Shown: positions 1 to 12,420 of the stretch, piece after piece
Position numbering within the stretch: position 1 is the first letter of the stretch
Layout of the letters: each line of letters begins with the position of its first letter
DNA from: Isurus oxyrinchus
Taxonomy: Eukaryota
NCBI GenBank assembly: GCA_026770705.1
Contig: JANJGN010000064.1
Span: 1,736,001 to 1,800,000 of the forward strand
Length of the DNA stretch: 64,000 nt
Direction of reading: 5' to 3'
Program-made: the position numbers and the translations under genes
Notes under the pieces: generated by a model
What the model was told of the DNA's origin: nothing
What the model saw: the letters and a program-made list of their open reading frames with translations, nothing else
The model's database searches: none

Positions 1-686
1 CATGTCTTGGTAATATCATCCACGAACGAACATTGCAAGTCTGTAGAGATGGAGGGACATCACAGAACACGACAGGATTCGAATCATCTTGATTTTAAAA
101 AGGGTCCCAGTCTGTAATGTTAGCCTAGTGTAACAGCTATTTAAGTTTGTGTACGAACACTATCAGCAATCAAAGAGATTACTCACTACCAGCAATAATA
201 CAGTAGGTTCAGGAATATTAATACCACAATAGCAGCATACGCAATAAAGTTAGAATAGGATCAGCATCAATAAAGCTAAATTTGGGTTGCTAACAAAAAC
301 GTTAGTGTAGCGTTGGCGCCAATAACAGAAAGATCTAATTTTAAATATAGAGTGAATGATTACACTGTTCAAAATTTCTGTTGAGCATCCACCCTCAATT
401 GTTTAACCCAATGTCCAGGAGGAACTTGCACTCAAGAGATTTGGCCTGTGCACATTAAGCATTAACTCTGCGCCTGTAGTACATTCCATTTCGTGATTGT
501 AAAGGACGGACGTTCATGAACTGAAATGTGCCATTTCCCAATTGCTGCTCCCGGGTGCGCTGAAGCAGAAAATCTACCAATAATTGTTCAGTGACTGCAA
601 GTAAAACGATGTTTCATTTTTTCATGCTCGGGCATCGAGTAACCAAAAAAAAATGCGTTTGTTAATGAGTCTAACATGCACTTCAG

Positions 687-786
687 ATGGATCAGAATTC
701 ACCTGTTCTTGATAAAATTTTACAAGCGGCAATCCTCCTGATAAAGGACATGTTCTATCCACTTCTCGCAACCTTTGGTGTTCCTG
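687..786 (+). CDS. First coding exon of a GPR139-like class A GPCR (N-terminus + start of TM1)
   Basis: ATG at 687 gives MDQNSPVLDKILQAAILLIKDMFYPLLATFGVP, then G|gtcagt donor at 787 (phase 1). Matches the GPR139-family exon-1 ending (YxxLxxxGxP|) and the paralogous exon at 60017. No intact + strand exon 2 found in the window. Confidence 0.7.
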
Positions 787-1934
787 GTCAGTCGGAGAAT
801 CCTGTTGATGAAAATTTGTTCGACTTCATGACAGTTTTCGCCCCTATTAGGTATTTTAATTACTTTCTGATTGCACCGTCATTATATAATCACAGGGACG
901 TTGGAGTAAACCACTAATACCAGCAGAACAGCAAATTAGGCGCGGGAGGCGAGGCTCTATGCATTTAATAAAATATGAGCGACCTTGAAATTTATTTCAT
1001 TATCGCAGACTTCTCACTCGCTTTTAAAAATGAGCTGCTCATTAAACGCTATCTGGTCGTTTTCCGTTTAGAACCTTGCTAACTCTCCTTAATATGGAAA
1101 TTACTCTGGCGACAGGTGAAGTTTTGGAAAATCAATGGAAGGTAATTTGTAAAACATATGTTTCAAGAACCAATCATGTGGCTCCCAGAGCTTCCTTTTG
1201 CTGCAAGGCATCCCCAAAGAATCTCCCAGGTGCCTCAATGTCACAGGAAAATCCCTCTGCCACATTCTGGGATGTATTCCTGATTTAGCTTTGCCAGAGC
1301 GGAGCGTTAGGTGAAATAGGTGAAAGACTTTCCTTTGCACCTTCCGTCCAGGCAACCTTTTTAAGCGTGAGGTGTTCAAATTGCATTAATAAATGATAAC
1401 GACCAATATCTCATTCAATATTCTTTTCCAAATTGCTGTGTAATTCGTTACTGAAACTTTGCAGAATGAGGAGAAATATAAGCAAAGCCTAACGGGCCAG
1501 CGGCATCACATGAGTTGCACCAGGCATGGGCATTGTTGAATAATGTTTGGCAGCTATTTCTGGAAATATAAAGATTCAAATTAAAAATTGGGCAGCTGAT
1601 AAAAAGAGACAAATGGTAGGGGCGCAAAATTGGACCGGTGGGTCAACATCTGATATTGCAGTCAGTGGAACTGAACATCAGGAAGTCCTGAGAAATGCCT
1701 CCAGATCCTCTACCGCTTCTCTACAGCGGCCTGAGGCAAATCTTTAGCTAATTTTCGAGCTCCTACCATGAAAAGCAGCATAATGTACTGGGCCGTTAGT
1801 TTACAATAGCAGATGAGAGATTGGGAAATGTGGCAAGGAGGACCTTAGCCTTTTAGACCCCCAGCGACTATTCCACATTATTCTTGGATGATATTTAATG
1901 CTCCAATGCATTATGTCATGCGAACACGAAGAAG

Positions 1935-2260
1935 AAAATAAATACTGTGGATAGTGCAGTAAATCTGAAACAAAAAGACAGATTTCTTATACAAAGTAGA
2001 AAATGCTGGAAATGGAAACAGGTCAAGCAGCAGATCGTGGGCAGGGGAGCATGTCAGGGGGGGCATCAATATACATAAGAAGCCAACTTCGTGAGTCTAC
2101 ATGGTGAGATTATAGGCAAGTTAACGGGTCAGACAAGGAAGAAAAAAATACGTTTTGGGTTCTGATGAAATGTCACAGGCCTGGAGAGTTAACTCTGTTT
2201 CTCTTTCTCCAGTGACCCCCCTGACAGAAATTGCCTTTCCAGCATTTCTGCCCTGCCTTC
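1935..2260. mobile_element. Penelope-like element pseudo-LTR remnants in inverted arrangement
   Basis: aatactgtggat...aatctgaaacaaaaa...aaaatgctggaaat followed by the opposite-orientation copy tctgatgaaatgtcacaggcctggagagttaactctgtttctct...tccagcatttctg; same family recurs across the window. Confidence 0.55.
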
Positions 2261-2439
2261 AGTATCAAGTACCTATGTTTTGCAAGGTGTCTGCTGCCCG
2301 TCCTATATTCCTCTACAATTCTTGCTTATGACTAACAATAAATATGCCTCCCACTGTGTTGTCCCTGTGCGCTTTACGTGATATTCTACTTTTCACGCAA
2401 TGTTTGATGCTTCTGCCTTTGTGGTCTACATTTTATTTT

Positions 2440-3870
2440 TTATTGAATCACGGGATGTGCACTTCGTTCGCTGTGCCAGTACTTATTCTCCCACCTAGTT
2501 TCCTTTGAAAGGTGGTGGTGACTTGCATTCTTGAAACAGTGAAGTCCATGTGGTGAACGTACGGGCAGAGTGCTGTGAGGGAGGGAATTATAGAATTTTG
2601 AACCAGCGACAGTGATGGAACAGCGCTGCATTTCCAAGTAAGGATGTTGAGTGACTTGAAGGGGCACTTCCACGTGGTGTTGTTCCCGTTTAACTGCTGC
2701 ACTTGTACTTGCAAATGTAAATTTTTGTGTGTTTGGGAATTGCTGTCGAAGGAGCCTTGGTTAATTCCTGTTGTGTATCTTATCGAAGGTACACGCTGTT
2801 GCGACTGTGTGTCCGTGGTGGGGGTGGGGGGAGAGTGACTGTTTCCGTGTGTGGTGCTAATCAAGGGGAATGCTTTTTCTTGAATGGTGTCAAGCTTCCT
2901 GCCTGTTGTGGGTGCTGCACTCGTCCCGGCAAGTGGGGAGTATTCCATCACACTCCTTACTTGTGCCTTGTAGATGATGCTTTGGAAGGAAAGAGGTGAG
3001 CTACTGGCAGCACAATTTCTATCCTCTGACCTGCTCATGTTGCCACAGTATTTACGTGGCAAGTCCGGTTCCATTCCTGGTCAATGTTGATAATGGAGGA
3101 TTCAGTGATGGTAATGGCATTGAACATCAAGTGGCGATGTTTGCATTATCTCTTGTTGGAATTGAGCATAGCCTGCCACTCGTCAGCCCAAGCCTGAATG
3201 TAGTTCATGTTTTGCTGCATTTGGACGTGGATTGTTTCAGTACCTGAGGTGTCGAGAATGGTGCTGAACATTGTGCAATCATTCACACCATCCCCACTTC
3301 TGACCTTACGATTCAAGGAAGATCTTTGAAGAAGCAGTTTAAGAAGCTTGGTTCTAGGACACTATCCTGAGGAATTCCTGCGCTGATGACATGGAGCTGA
3401 GATGAGTGACCTCAAACAACCAGAAACATTTTCCTTTGTGTCTGGTAAGCCTCCAACCAGAGGTCAGCTTTCCACAGCATAACCATTGACTCCAATTTTG
3501 CCAGTGCGCCTTGACACCACACTCGGGCAAGTGCTGCCTTGATGTCAAGGGCACTGACACTCACCTCAGCTCAGGAGGTCTACTCTCTTGCTTGTTTTTG
3601 AAACAAGGGTGCAATGAGGCCAGGAGCTGCGTGGCCCTGGCGGAAACCTAACTCCGAGTCGGTGAGTAGGTTATTGCTAAACAATTTCCACTTGATAGCA
3701 CTGTTGATAACCCTTCCCGTTGCTTTATTGATGACCAGTGTAGACTGGTGGGGGGGCGTAATTAGCTGGGGTGGATTTGCCCTGCTTTTTGTGTCAAAGA
3801 CATACCTGGGCAACCTTCCATATAGCTGCGTAGATTACCGTGTTGTCGCTGTACTGGAACAGATTTTCTA
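2440..3870 (-). mobile_element. CR1-group LINE, 3' part of RT ORF2 plus 3' tail, degenerate
   Basis: Minus-strand peptides LLTDSELGFRQGH and IYKAQVRSVMEYSPLA..SAAPTT..KLDTIQEKA; frameshifts; A-rich tail at about 2440. Confidence 0.85.
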
Positions 3871-4289
3871 GACGTCTGACAATTTCTTGGGCACAGAATT
3901 CAGTACTAATGCCAGAATATTTTGAGGGCACACAATGTTTCCAAAATGCTGTAAAACATTGCATTCAAGAACATCTCCCTCCTTCCCTCCTCCCCCAACC
4001 TTATTTCCACTCGTTTCAGGCTACGGGTAATGTCTGAATCAAAAACAAAATGTGCCAGGAAAACTCAGCAGGATAGATAGCATCTGTGGAGAGAAAGGTT
4101 TGGTTAGCTTTTTGAGCCTTTGTGACTGCAGCTTCAATATTCAAAGGACGGAAACATACATCAGACCAGTTAACCTAATATCACTCATTGTGAAACTACC
4201 AGAATGCATTATTATGGATGAAGAAACAGAAAATGAACGGAAGAAAACATAATTCAATCAGCCAGTGACAGCATGGCAGGGAAATGTGA

Positions 4290-4790
4290 ATGATGCATTT
4301 AGTATAGCTCGATCAGGATGTAACAAAGAGGGTGGCTAATGGATTACTAGCAGATGTAGAGCGTCTGGTCTCCCAAAACACATTTTGTAAGGTACCACAT
4401 TGAAGCTTAATATATAGATAGTAGGCAGTGAGGCGGTGAGGATGGGGAAGAGATGATATGTTAGCAATGGAAATGGGCTGAACAACTAACAGATCACAAA
4501 GACTTGTGATAAATGGACCAATTTCAGGATCACAAATTGCACATACTGGAGGACCACGGGAATACCTGCAGGGTCTTCACTATCTACGATTGGTCTTAAT
4601 CAATTCGATGAAGGATCAGACTTGGTTCGAGCTAAACTCGTTAACATACAAAGGTAGATAGGATATTAAGTTGTGGGGACGATGCAACGGGTCTGAAAAG
4701 GGGTTTTAATCGTTAAATTGCGTTGGGAAACAATTGACAGATTTAGGACAACATGCGGAATTCCGAGGTCGTTCAGACTGTCAGGAAGAG
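4290..4790 (+). mobile_element. CR1 LINE RT fragment, highly degenerate
   Basis: aaggtaccacat, ctaacagat...gtgataaatgga, aaaggtagatagga resemble CR1 ORF2 RT nucleotide consensus. Confidence 0.55.
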
Positions 4791-4819
4791 AAGAAAAGAA
4801 GACGATATAAATCGATACC

Positions 4820-5050
4820 AAAAGAAAAAGTGCTGGAAAAAGTCAACACTACTGACATCAACTGTGAAGTGAACGGTAGAGCTAACGTTTCAGCTCCATA
4901 TGACTCTTCCTCAGAACATTCGGAGTAAGTCATATGGTGTCTAAAAGTTAACTCTGCCTTTTTCTCCATAGATGCTGTCAGACATGCTGAGTTCTTTCAC
5001 CAATGATTGTTTTTGTTTCATAATTCCAGCCTCCGTACTGTTTTTCCTTC
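4820..5050. mobile_element. Penelope-like pseudo-LTR inverted pair
   Basis: gtgctggaaaaagtca...gctaacgtttcagctccatatgactcttcctcagaac followed by inverted gtcatatgg...gttaactctg...gatgctgtcagacatgctgag. Confidence 0.55.
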
Positions 5051-5269
5051 ATCTTCTGATCATTGCCTCCCGCTCAGCGCTGCACCTAGACCAACTGAAC
5101 ATTTGTGTAGCATTTCTATCTTACTACGCTACTTTTGTGATTCTCACAATTTGGAACGCTTCCGCCAATGAGCCTTCTTGCTTTAAAAGGGTTAACATCA
5201 CAATTTCCAACAACAAACATCATATGGAATTGTTTACCCATTCGCATCTCTGTGGGTTTTGATCTGCCC

Positions 5270-6440
5270 TCTCCAATTCCTACAATTCAACACACCGCCG
5301 AAGTAAACACAATCAGCAAGGGTCAGTGCAGATAGTCGGAAACAACAATCCTCACCTCCCAAGCCACGGGTTAGGAGCAAACAGTTGGAGTTAATTAAGT
5401 GATTTGATAAACGAAGCCAAAGGGACGCTGCTGATCTGCCTATAAAGGAAATGTGCTGTCGAGGATGGATTAGCAAACAAGGGAATGAAAGCAAAAAGTG
5501 GTTGCAATGCCTCATGTCAGGTGGCAAAGGCAGCTATTGGAAGAATGATTATTCCAGCTGGATGTCTCAATCGGTAAAACTTAACATATGTAATATGCGG
5601 GTCTATTGTTCGAGTGCAGGTTTGGACAGTATGTTTTGACTCGAGGTGTTTTCCCCCCTGTAAAGCAACAGGAAATACAGGAGTCAGGGATGCTGAGTTC
5701 TTCAAGCGTGCAGAAGACACAGATATGTCTATTCGATTGGCAAAAACATAGTGTCTTCTAGAATTTATTGTAGATTCGATCAACTTTTAAAAATTCTTTC
5801 TAAATTTCCAACTGCCCTAATTGTGAAAAAAGCTTCCTGTTTTATTTATTTATTTATTTATTAATCTTTGTTGGCTTAGACCTCATTTCTCTGCATCAGC
5901 ACCAACAACATGACTTGAATCAGCCCCATTCTTTCCTCCAGGGTTGCGGTTTCTCCCTATATAACTTAACACGTGGTTTAAATGGAATAGAAATTTCGAT
6001 CAGATCACCCTTCATTTTATTTCTAAAGAGACTAGAAACAGGGAAAAGACCTGAAAAGAAAAAAAAAATGCACGGGAGAAGGCGGTTCATTTCTCCATGA
6101 GAGAAACAGAACAGACAGGACAGGACGAATGGCTTCATTTTGTGCTGTATCCATTATATGATTATACCTTTCTATGATTTTCAAAACTAAATTCCTAAAG
6201 TAAACGATTGCAATCCGAAATCCCATTGGTGAATCAGCAGTTTTTTTTTTGCATTCTGGTGCCAATAGGGTGATTCCTTCGAGTGTTATCTACAAGAACA
6301 CGAGAAATAGAAATTTGTGCCTCATGAATTTAAAAGCTTCACGACCATTCCAGCTGATCCTTTTTTCCACAATTGCAGCTGCGTGAAAATTCTCATTTCC
6401 CCCTGTCCTACATCGCAATCACAGAAAAAGAATTCACAAA
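5270..6440 (+). repeat. Diverged copy of the tRNA-Lys cluster unit
   Basis: Colinear similarity to about 14930-16020 and 18130-19230 (gaagccaaaggga, ccccattctt, tcgatcagatca, ctggt(g/c)aatcagc, gagaaatag). Confidence 0.7.
5556..5628 (+). pseudogene. tRNA-Lys(TTT) pseudogene
   Basis: GCTGGATGTCTCAATCGGTAAAAC...GGGTC...GTTCGAGT aligns to Lys-TTT (GCCCGGATAGCTCAGTCGGTAGAGC...); same position in the duplicated unit as clearer copies. Confidence 0.55.
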
Positions 6441-7447
6441 GTTTCAAGCCATAGAAGAGGTGAACAACTATGCACATTGCAAAATATTGGAAAACAATTC
6501 AAAGCATGCTTTAAGCCTCTCCGTTAGTTGCATGGATCTGTTTTCTAATTTAAGCTACAAATTCAGGTCAGCTGTCTAAACATTGATTGTAAGGATTGTT
6601 AACTCGGATATGAAAATCTTGAAATGGAGATAAAAGATGGTGTTATTTGTGCATGCATACTGGCTGTTTGTGAGCCCTCGACCTGGAGATCGAAAACAAT
6701 TTGCTTTTCCACAGCCCCTTGTTTCTCACCACCGAGAAAATACACTCATTTCACAAATGGTACCTGAAATATATATTCCTTGTGTACTCTCATATACTTA
6801 CTGACTGGCTCTGCATTTACTGTCCAGTGTCTTGCCATTCTGTGTTCTGTGTTCTGTGTTCTGTGTACACACCAAGTCCAAGGGAGCAGTTCCTTTCGAT
6901 CCATCCAATCGAATCCACAAGCGCTATTCTTGGTAGTTCCTCAAAACTAAATTGCAGAAAGAACACGGAACATGATAGTAGAATATAATTAGATTATCTC
7001 TGTGTTTCTGTCAACAAAATATTTATTTGCTGTTGCACCTTTAAGGCAGCTATTGCCACACCTCCGTGTTGAGTTACAGCAGGTTCTGAATGTCCGAATA
7101 TTTATAATTAACATTGTGATGTTTGAAATTGGTTGTTATGTTTATCAGTGTGCTCGTTCTGAATGAATGTGAGTGTGTGACTGTTTTATCTCTCAAAGTA
7201 TTTGTGAATATCTGCGTTGTGTGTAAATATATTTAAGAGTCATTGGGAAAAGGAAAGAAACAGGCAGAAAAAATATTTCTGCATCAAACCAGGTTCAGTG
7301 GATAAATCGAAAATACAGCTCTGCAACCAGCAGAAGGATGACACGCATTTATTTTCAGCACAAGAAGTCAAAATCATACGAAAGAGAGACACTTAATGAG
7401 AATTGTTTTGGACGGTGATCAGTCTGGTTTGTATACTGCTAAAGTGC

Positions 7448-7525
7448 GTAGTTGTGGCTGAGTGCGGAAAGCAAATACACATCCATTAGGGTGCCTTCGA
7501 GCAGATTCAAATGATTGCGACTACG
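7448..7525 (+). pseudogene. tRNA-Ser pseudogene
   Basis: GTAGTTGTGGCTGAGTG...ATCCATTAGGGT...GCAGATTCAAAT...GACTACG versus Ser GTAGTCGTGGCCGAGTGG...ATCCATTGGGGT...GCAGGTTCGAAT...GACTACG; anticodon arm damaged. Confidence 0.75.
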
Positions 7526-7859
7526 CATTCTTTTCCTTGCTCAGTTTCAAAATTTGACCAAGTTCCTTAGAGATGAGTTCTGCCTTATGCGGTATCATAT
7601 CCCACACCTTTCAACAACAGAAGTCGCTTTCCTCATTCTTATTCATCTCCGTGTGTTCATGAACTTTCTCTCATGAATACCACAGATATCAGCTAAATTA
7701 ATGCCACCCTTCTTTTTCTCCCTCTCTCACATTTTCGATGTCACTTTAAGCTTAATTAGATGTGCCCAACGGTATGTGCAGGCAAATTTTCCGTGCGCTT
7801 GTATCTGTGCATGTGTGCGTTGTTTTTGTTTATTGCTCCCGCGTTGTTCTTGATTATTG

Positions 7860-8470
7860 TGGTTTTCTAAGATGCTCGTCTGCAAAGGCCTTTCCAATTT
7901 CTATTTGAAATTATTCACGAAAATATCTTCTGACACCTATTCATGTCAAGCCTTCCAGATCCCACCAACTCCGAGTGGAAATGTCTCTGCTCCCGTCATC
8001 TGCATAACTTTTGTCAACGAATTTGAATCAATTCCCTTTAATTATTGATGTACACACAGAGGGGATTTTGTCTTTGTTTACCCTCCCCAAATCTCGCATG
8101 ATGTGGAAAACCACTATTTGGTGATTTTTCAACCTTTTTTGTCCAAAGTATAACAACCCGGGGTTCTCCAACAACCCCTCATAATAGAACTATTTCATCC
8201 TTGAAAACGCCCCAGTGAACGTTCTCGAGCCCCGTTCTGATGCCTTGCTGAAGAGTGGTGAACAAAACTAACAAGATTGCTTACGAATGTGTAACTTCAG
8301 GACTTCAAATTCTAGCATTACCTCGGTGGCTTAATATGTTCTTTCTCGATTTAGAAACCAAAATATTCAATATGCTTTACGAGCTAAATTATGAGCGTTG
8401 TGTATATGGAGGGAAATGCCTCTCTGCTCATCCACACTTTACAAAACCCTCGCCTTTACAGTGTAGCGAT
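7860..8470 (-). mobile_element. CR1 LINE 3' fragment, degenerate
   Basis: ggcctttccaatttctatttgaa, ccttccagatcccaccaactc, aacaacccgggttctccaa are typical reverse-complement CR1 3' sequence. Confidence 0.55.
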
Positions 8471-9199
8471 TTTCCATATTGGTCCTCCCAAAGTTCATAA
8501 TAACATTGCTTACTTCCTCGTATTGAAATCTATCTCCATTTTAAACGTGTTTTATTATGTTACTTTATTATATTACTTCCTGAACTATTTTCTGAGCGTT
8601 TCATTGTTTCTCTGGAAGTCTTTCTCTTTGCCATGTCCAACTAATGAAGCAACAATATTGCGATGCATGTCTCCGCACGTCATTCTCTACCTTTTGAATG
8701 TCTGTCTGTTTGTCTCTCTGTTTCCCTCTCTTTGATCTCTATATGCAACAAATTCATTTTCCAATCAGTCTGATGGATAGGCGCAGGGCTATTCTCATAT
8801 CCTCTTATCCCCTCAGTATTCAATAATGTATTGATTTCAGGTTTAAATATTTTGAGCTCTCCCAATCCCCTGTGTTAGGGCACTTCAAAGATACATAAAC
8901 ATTTGTTGAATAGATTTCTCCTCATCACTGATTACACTAAGCTCCAGAGAGTATAGAGTAATCTTGCTGAATCTCTGCTTTGAATTTTGGAATGAACCTA
9001 GGGACCAAGCTATAATTAAAACATGGGACTTTGGGCCTTTAGATAATGCTGGCTTCACTCAGCAGCTCAGACAACACCTTTGGTTTACAGAGCTGAAAGA
9101 TTGAGATTTTCGCTCTCCCAGGAAGCAGTAGTGTCTGGAGAGCAGAACAGGAATTTCTGTTGTTGCTTCAGATTTCCAATATCTGCATTTGCTACGAAC

Positions 9200-10340
9200 A
9201 TAGGAAATAGGAGCAGAAGTAAATCAATGGATCTTCGAGACTATTCCTCCATTCACCAAGATCATGGATGATATGTTGTATTGCGCATTCCACATTCCCA
9301 TGTGCGCCGAGAGCCTTTGAATCTTTTGCCTTACAAGAATTTATTTACCTGTATTTTTAAAATTTTAAATGACAGCACCTCCATTACTTTCTGAGGCCGA
9401 ATGTTCTGAAGTCGCATAATCACCTGAGAGAAAAAAAACATCTCATTTCCACTGTCCTACAAGGAACACCCCCAGTCTGTCCGACCAATACCCATAAGGC
9501 ATCCGCTCATTCCAGGTATCAACCCAGTAAACCGGCTCTGAACCGCCTCAAACTCACTTACATCCTTCCTAAAGTCAAGGGAAAAAAAGGCATACAGTAC
9601 TCCAGATTTGGAGTCATGATTACCCTGTATTACTGAAGCTTAACAGCCTTTCTTTTGTCTCCAATTCCTCTAGAAATAAAGGATAGCATTGCATTCGACT
9701 TCTACATTACGTGCTGTACCTGCATACTAAGTTTTTGTGACTCATGAACCAAGGCACCTCGAGCCCACTGCAGCTTGGAACTCTGCAGTCGTTCTCTGTG
9801 TAATTAATAATTTGTTTCTTATTATTGTTTTCCCTACTAAAGTGAACAACTTCATATGTTCCAACATTATTATCCATCTGTTGGTTTTTGCCCAGTCACT
9901 CAATCCATATATTTCTATTTGCATGTTCCTTTTGCAATCTTCAGAACTTTCCCAACTTTATTTGTGCCAACTGAAAATTTATCTATCATGACTTAACTCT
10001 CCTCATCTAAGCGGTGATATAAATAGTAAAAAACCATGATCCCAGCACCTATCCCTATCCAGTCGTATTTCCTGCCAATCAGACAAAGACCCACATATGC
10101 ATACTCTCTGTTTTCTGTCAGCCAGCCAGCCTTCTCTCCATGCCAATATCTTACCCCTATACCATGAACATTTATTTTCTGCAATAACCTTCGATGTGGC
10201 AACTTGTCTAAGGCCTTTTGAAAATCCAAGTATATTACGCATACGTGCTCCTCTTCATCCATAACACATGCTTATCCTTCAAAAAACTCTAATAACTTGG
10301 TTAAACATGATTTCCCTTTCGAAAAACCATGCTGAGTCTT
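9200..10340 (-). mobile_element. CR1 LINE RT and 3' end
   Basis: Peptide VIYLDFQKALDKLPHRRLLQKINVHGI, ILAWREGWLADRKQRV; 3' tail near 9200 (aacataggaaataggagcagaagt on +). Confidence 0.85.
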
Positions 10341-10489
10341 GCTTTCGCATGAGGCTAGTGAACACGTGTTATATCATCTCTACCGGATGCGTTTCCTCTT
10401 TCAGATAGGGACTCCATACTGACAATTATTCATTTTGTTCAGGTCCCTTACAACAAATGTTGTCCAGAAGAAAGAGAAAGATGCCGATG

Positions 10490-10660
10490 TGAACATCCTG
10501 CAACTCCATCTCTCACTGCACTCTGAGTGCACCTACACCACATGGACTTTAGCAGTTCAAGAAGGCAGCACATCACCAAGTTCTCTAGCGTAATTTAGGA
10601 ACAGCTGTAAATGCTGGCCTAGCCAGCGATGCTCACATCCCATGAATGAAGAATAAATCA
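10490..10660 (+). mobile_element. CR1-group LINE/SINE 3' tail
   Basis: catggactttagcagttcaagaaggcagc...taaatgctggcctagccagcgatgctcacatcccatgaatgaa; homologous to the tail at 2440-2560 (minus). Confidence 0.6.
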
Positions 10661-11049
10661 TACCGACCTGGGGTGCAAAATGAGCAATATGATTGTGCTG
10701 ATTATTTTTTTAAGACTGGCAGTGCTGGATGCATGTAATAGAGCACCCAGCAGAGTCATGAAATACATCAAACAAAGCGAAAAGGACATCAACATGTGAA
10801 CTGGTCGGTTAGATTGTATTTGCAATGTTCGCTGAAGTTAAAAAAAGTGCATTTTACAAAAAAAAAGCCATAAACTGTTTGATCATATTTACCGGTGAAT
10901 TTCAATTCCCATCACAGCAGGTGGAAGAAAATGTTTGTCAAGTGAGAAAGAGCCTTTTGCGTGTCATGAACATTCAGAACATCCATGCGATGCAAACGCC
11001 TAATTTCCGGGCCTTGGGTGAAAGAAAGTCTTCATAGAGACAGCAAAAA

Positions 11050-12420
11050 GTAAAATTACACAGAACGCCACTCTACGAGGAGTAAAAAAGCCTCGCATTT
11101 CCTCTTAAAATAGAGATCTCTCCTTTTTCTACACTGTCCCCTACTTCTCGACTCCATCCGATCATGTCCCTTCGGGACCAGGTATGATTCAGTAAGGTCT
11201 CCTCGCTTTCTTCTCATCTCTAATGGAAACAGAACCAAACTGCCTTAATAAGTTAATCCCATCATCCTCTGAAAGAATTGACTGACCTTTCTCTGCGATG
11301 CTTCTTATGCATTTGGTATGACAGGTGATGTATGCCAGGTGGACCAAATGCACAAGGGAAACTTAGCCATTTATCACAAAAGTTCAGGCAATTTGTATTT
11401 ATTCCGAGAAGGCTTTTGCACTGAACTCCGAGGCATTGAATCCAATATCACCTTAAGAGATTTTTAATTATCGTAAAACATTTATTAACAGAAGGAAAAA
11501 AAAAACGATAAATAAACACAATATTAAAGTTACACGGTTATATAGGCGTAGCATTTCCCAAAGTTCTTAGTTAAAAGGTTGCCAACTCCACTCCCCCTAT
11601 AAGGCAGCAGCCTAAAATAGATTTGAAACTACAAAATCAATGATGCAAAGATACCACACCAAGTACTCGACATTGGATTGCCAAAGCCTTGCAAGGCAGC
11701 TCTTTGTTTTTGTAGACATAGTTAACGTCTGCTAAAGTGGCTGTTCCCCAAGGATTGCTTCACATAGTGTACCTTTCAATCTGACATGGCAACGCTCTCT
11801 ATACAGTCTTTCATCCGTTTGTATATACGTTTCTCTCATTCTAATCTCTAAATTCCATTGTTCTACAGGACTGTGAAAGTTTATTTTTGTCGTTTTGTAA
11901 AAGTCATTCAGAAAGTCAATAAAGGCCGTTTCCTTTTAGGAAAAATAAACATAATAACCTTGCCCTGTTTATCTTGTTAGTTGCAAAAATGCTACTATCC
12001 ATTTGATACCCAACCACCTTCCACTTATCTGAAAATGCAAATTTCCTTCACACCCTGCACCTCATCCATATTTACTTACTGGCATTTCAGATGTCTTCCT
12101 GCTCTTAATTTATTTCGATAATTTGAAACCTGCAGTCTCTCTGACTCTAATTCAATTACTTCATTCACTTAGGCAGGAACATCCACATTCACACATATAA
12201 GCCGACAATAATATTACGAAAAATATTATCGTTTCATGGCAATTTTTAAAAAAATATGGTGGCCAACATTGTACACAGTTTTCCAGATGTTTGCTCACTA
12301 ATCTTCTGTACAGCTGCACTAAAACTTCCATTCTCCCTCAATAAAAGCCACCATTTAATTTGCCTTCCTAATCACTTGCTGGACCTTGTATGCAAGCTAC
12401 TTTAATGATTTATGTACAAG
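11050..12420 (-). mobile_element. CR1 3' fragment split by an LTR-like insertion
   Basis: LFPLEMRRKRGDLTESY..KGHDR..SRSRG in 11056-11238; CR1 sequence resumes at about 12250 (aacattgtacacagttttccagatg). Confidence 0.65.
11314..12241. mobile_element. Solo LTR-like element
   Basis: About 930 bp block with termini TGGTATGA...TCATGGCA (TG..CA, short imperfect inverted repeat) that interrupts a CR1 fragment; no clean TSD. Confidence 0.5.

Noticed and set aside
295-345. Weak similarity to the tRNA-Ile anticodon arm (tagcgttggcgccaataac)
   Set aside because: No B-box or acceptor stem; could be chance
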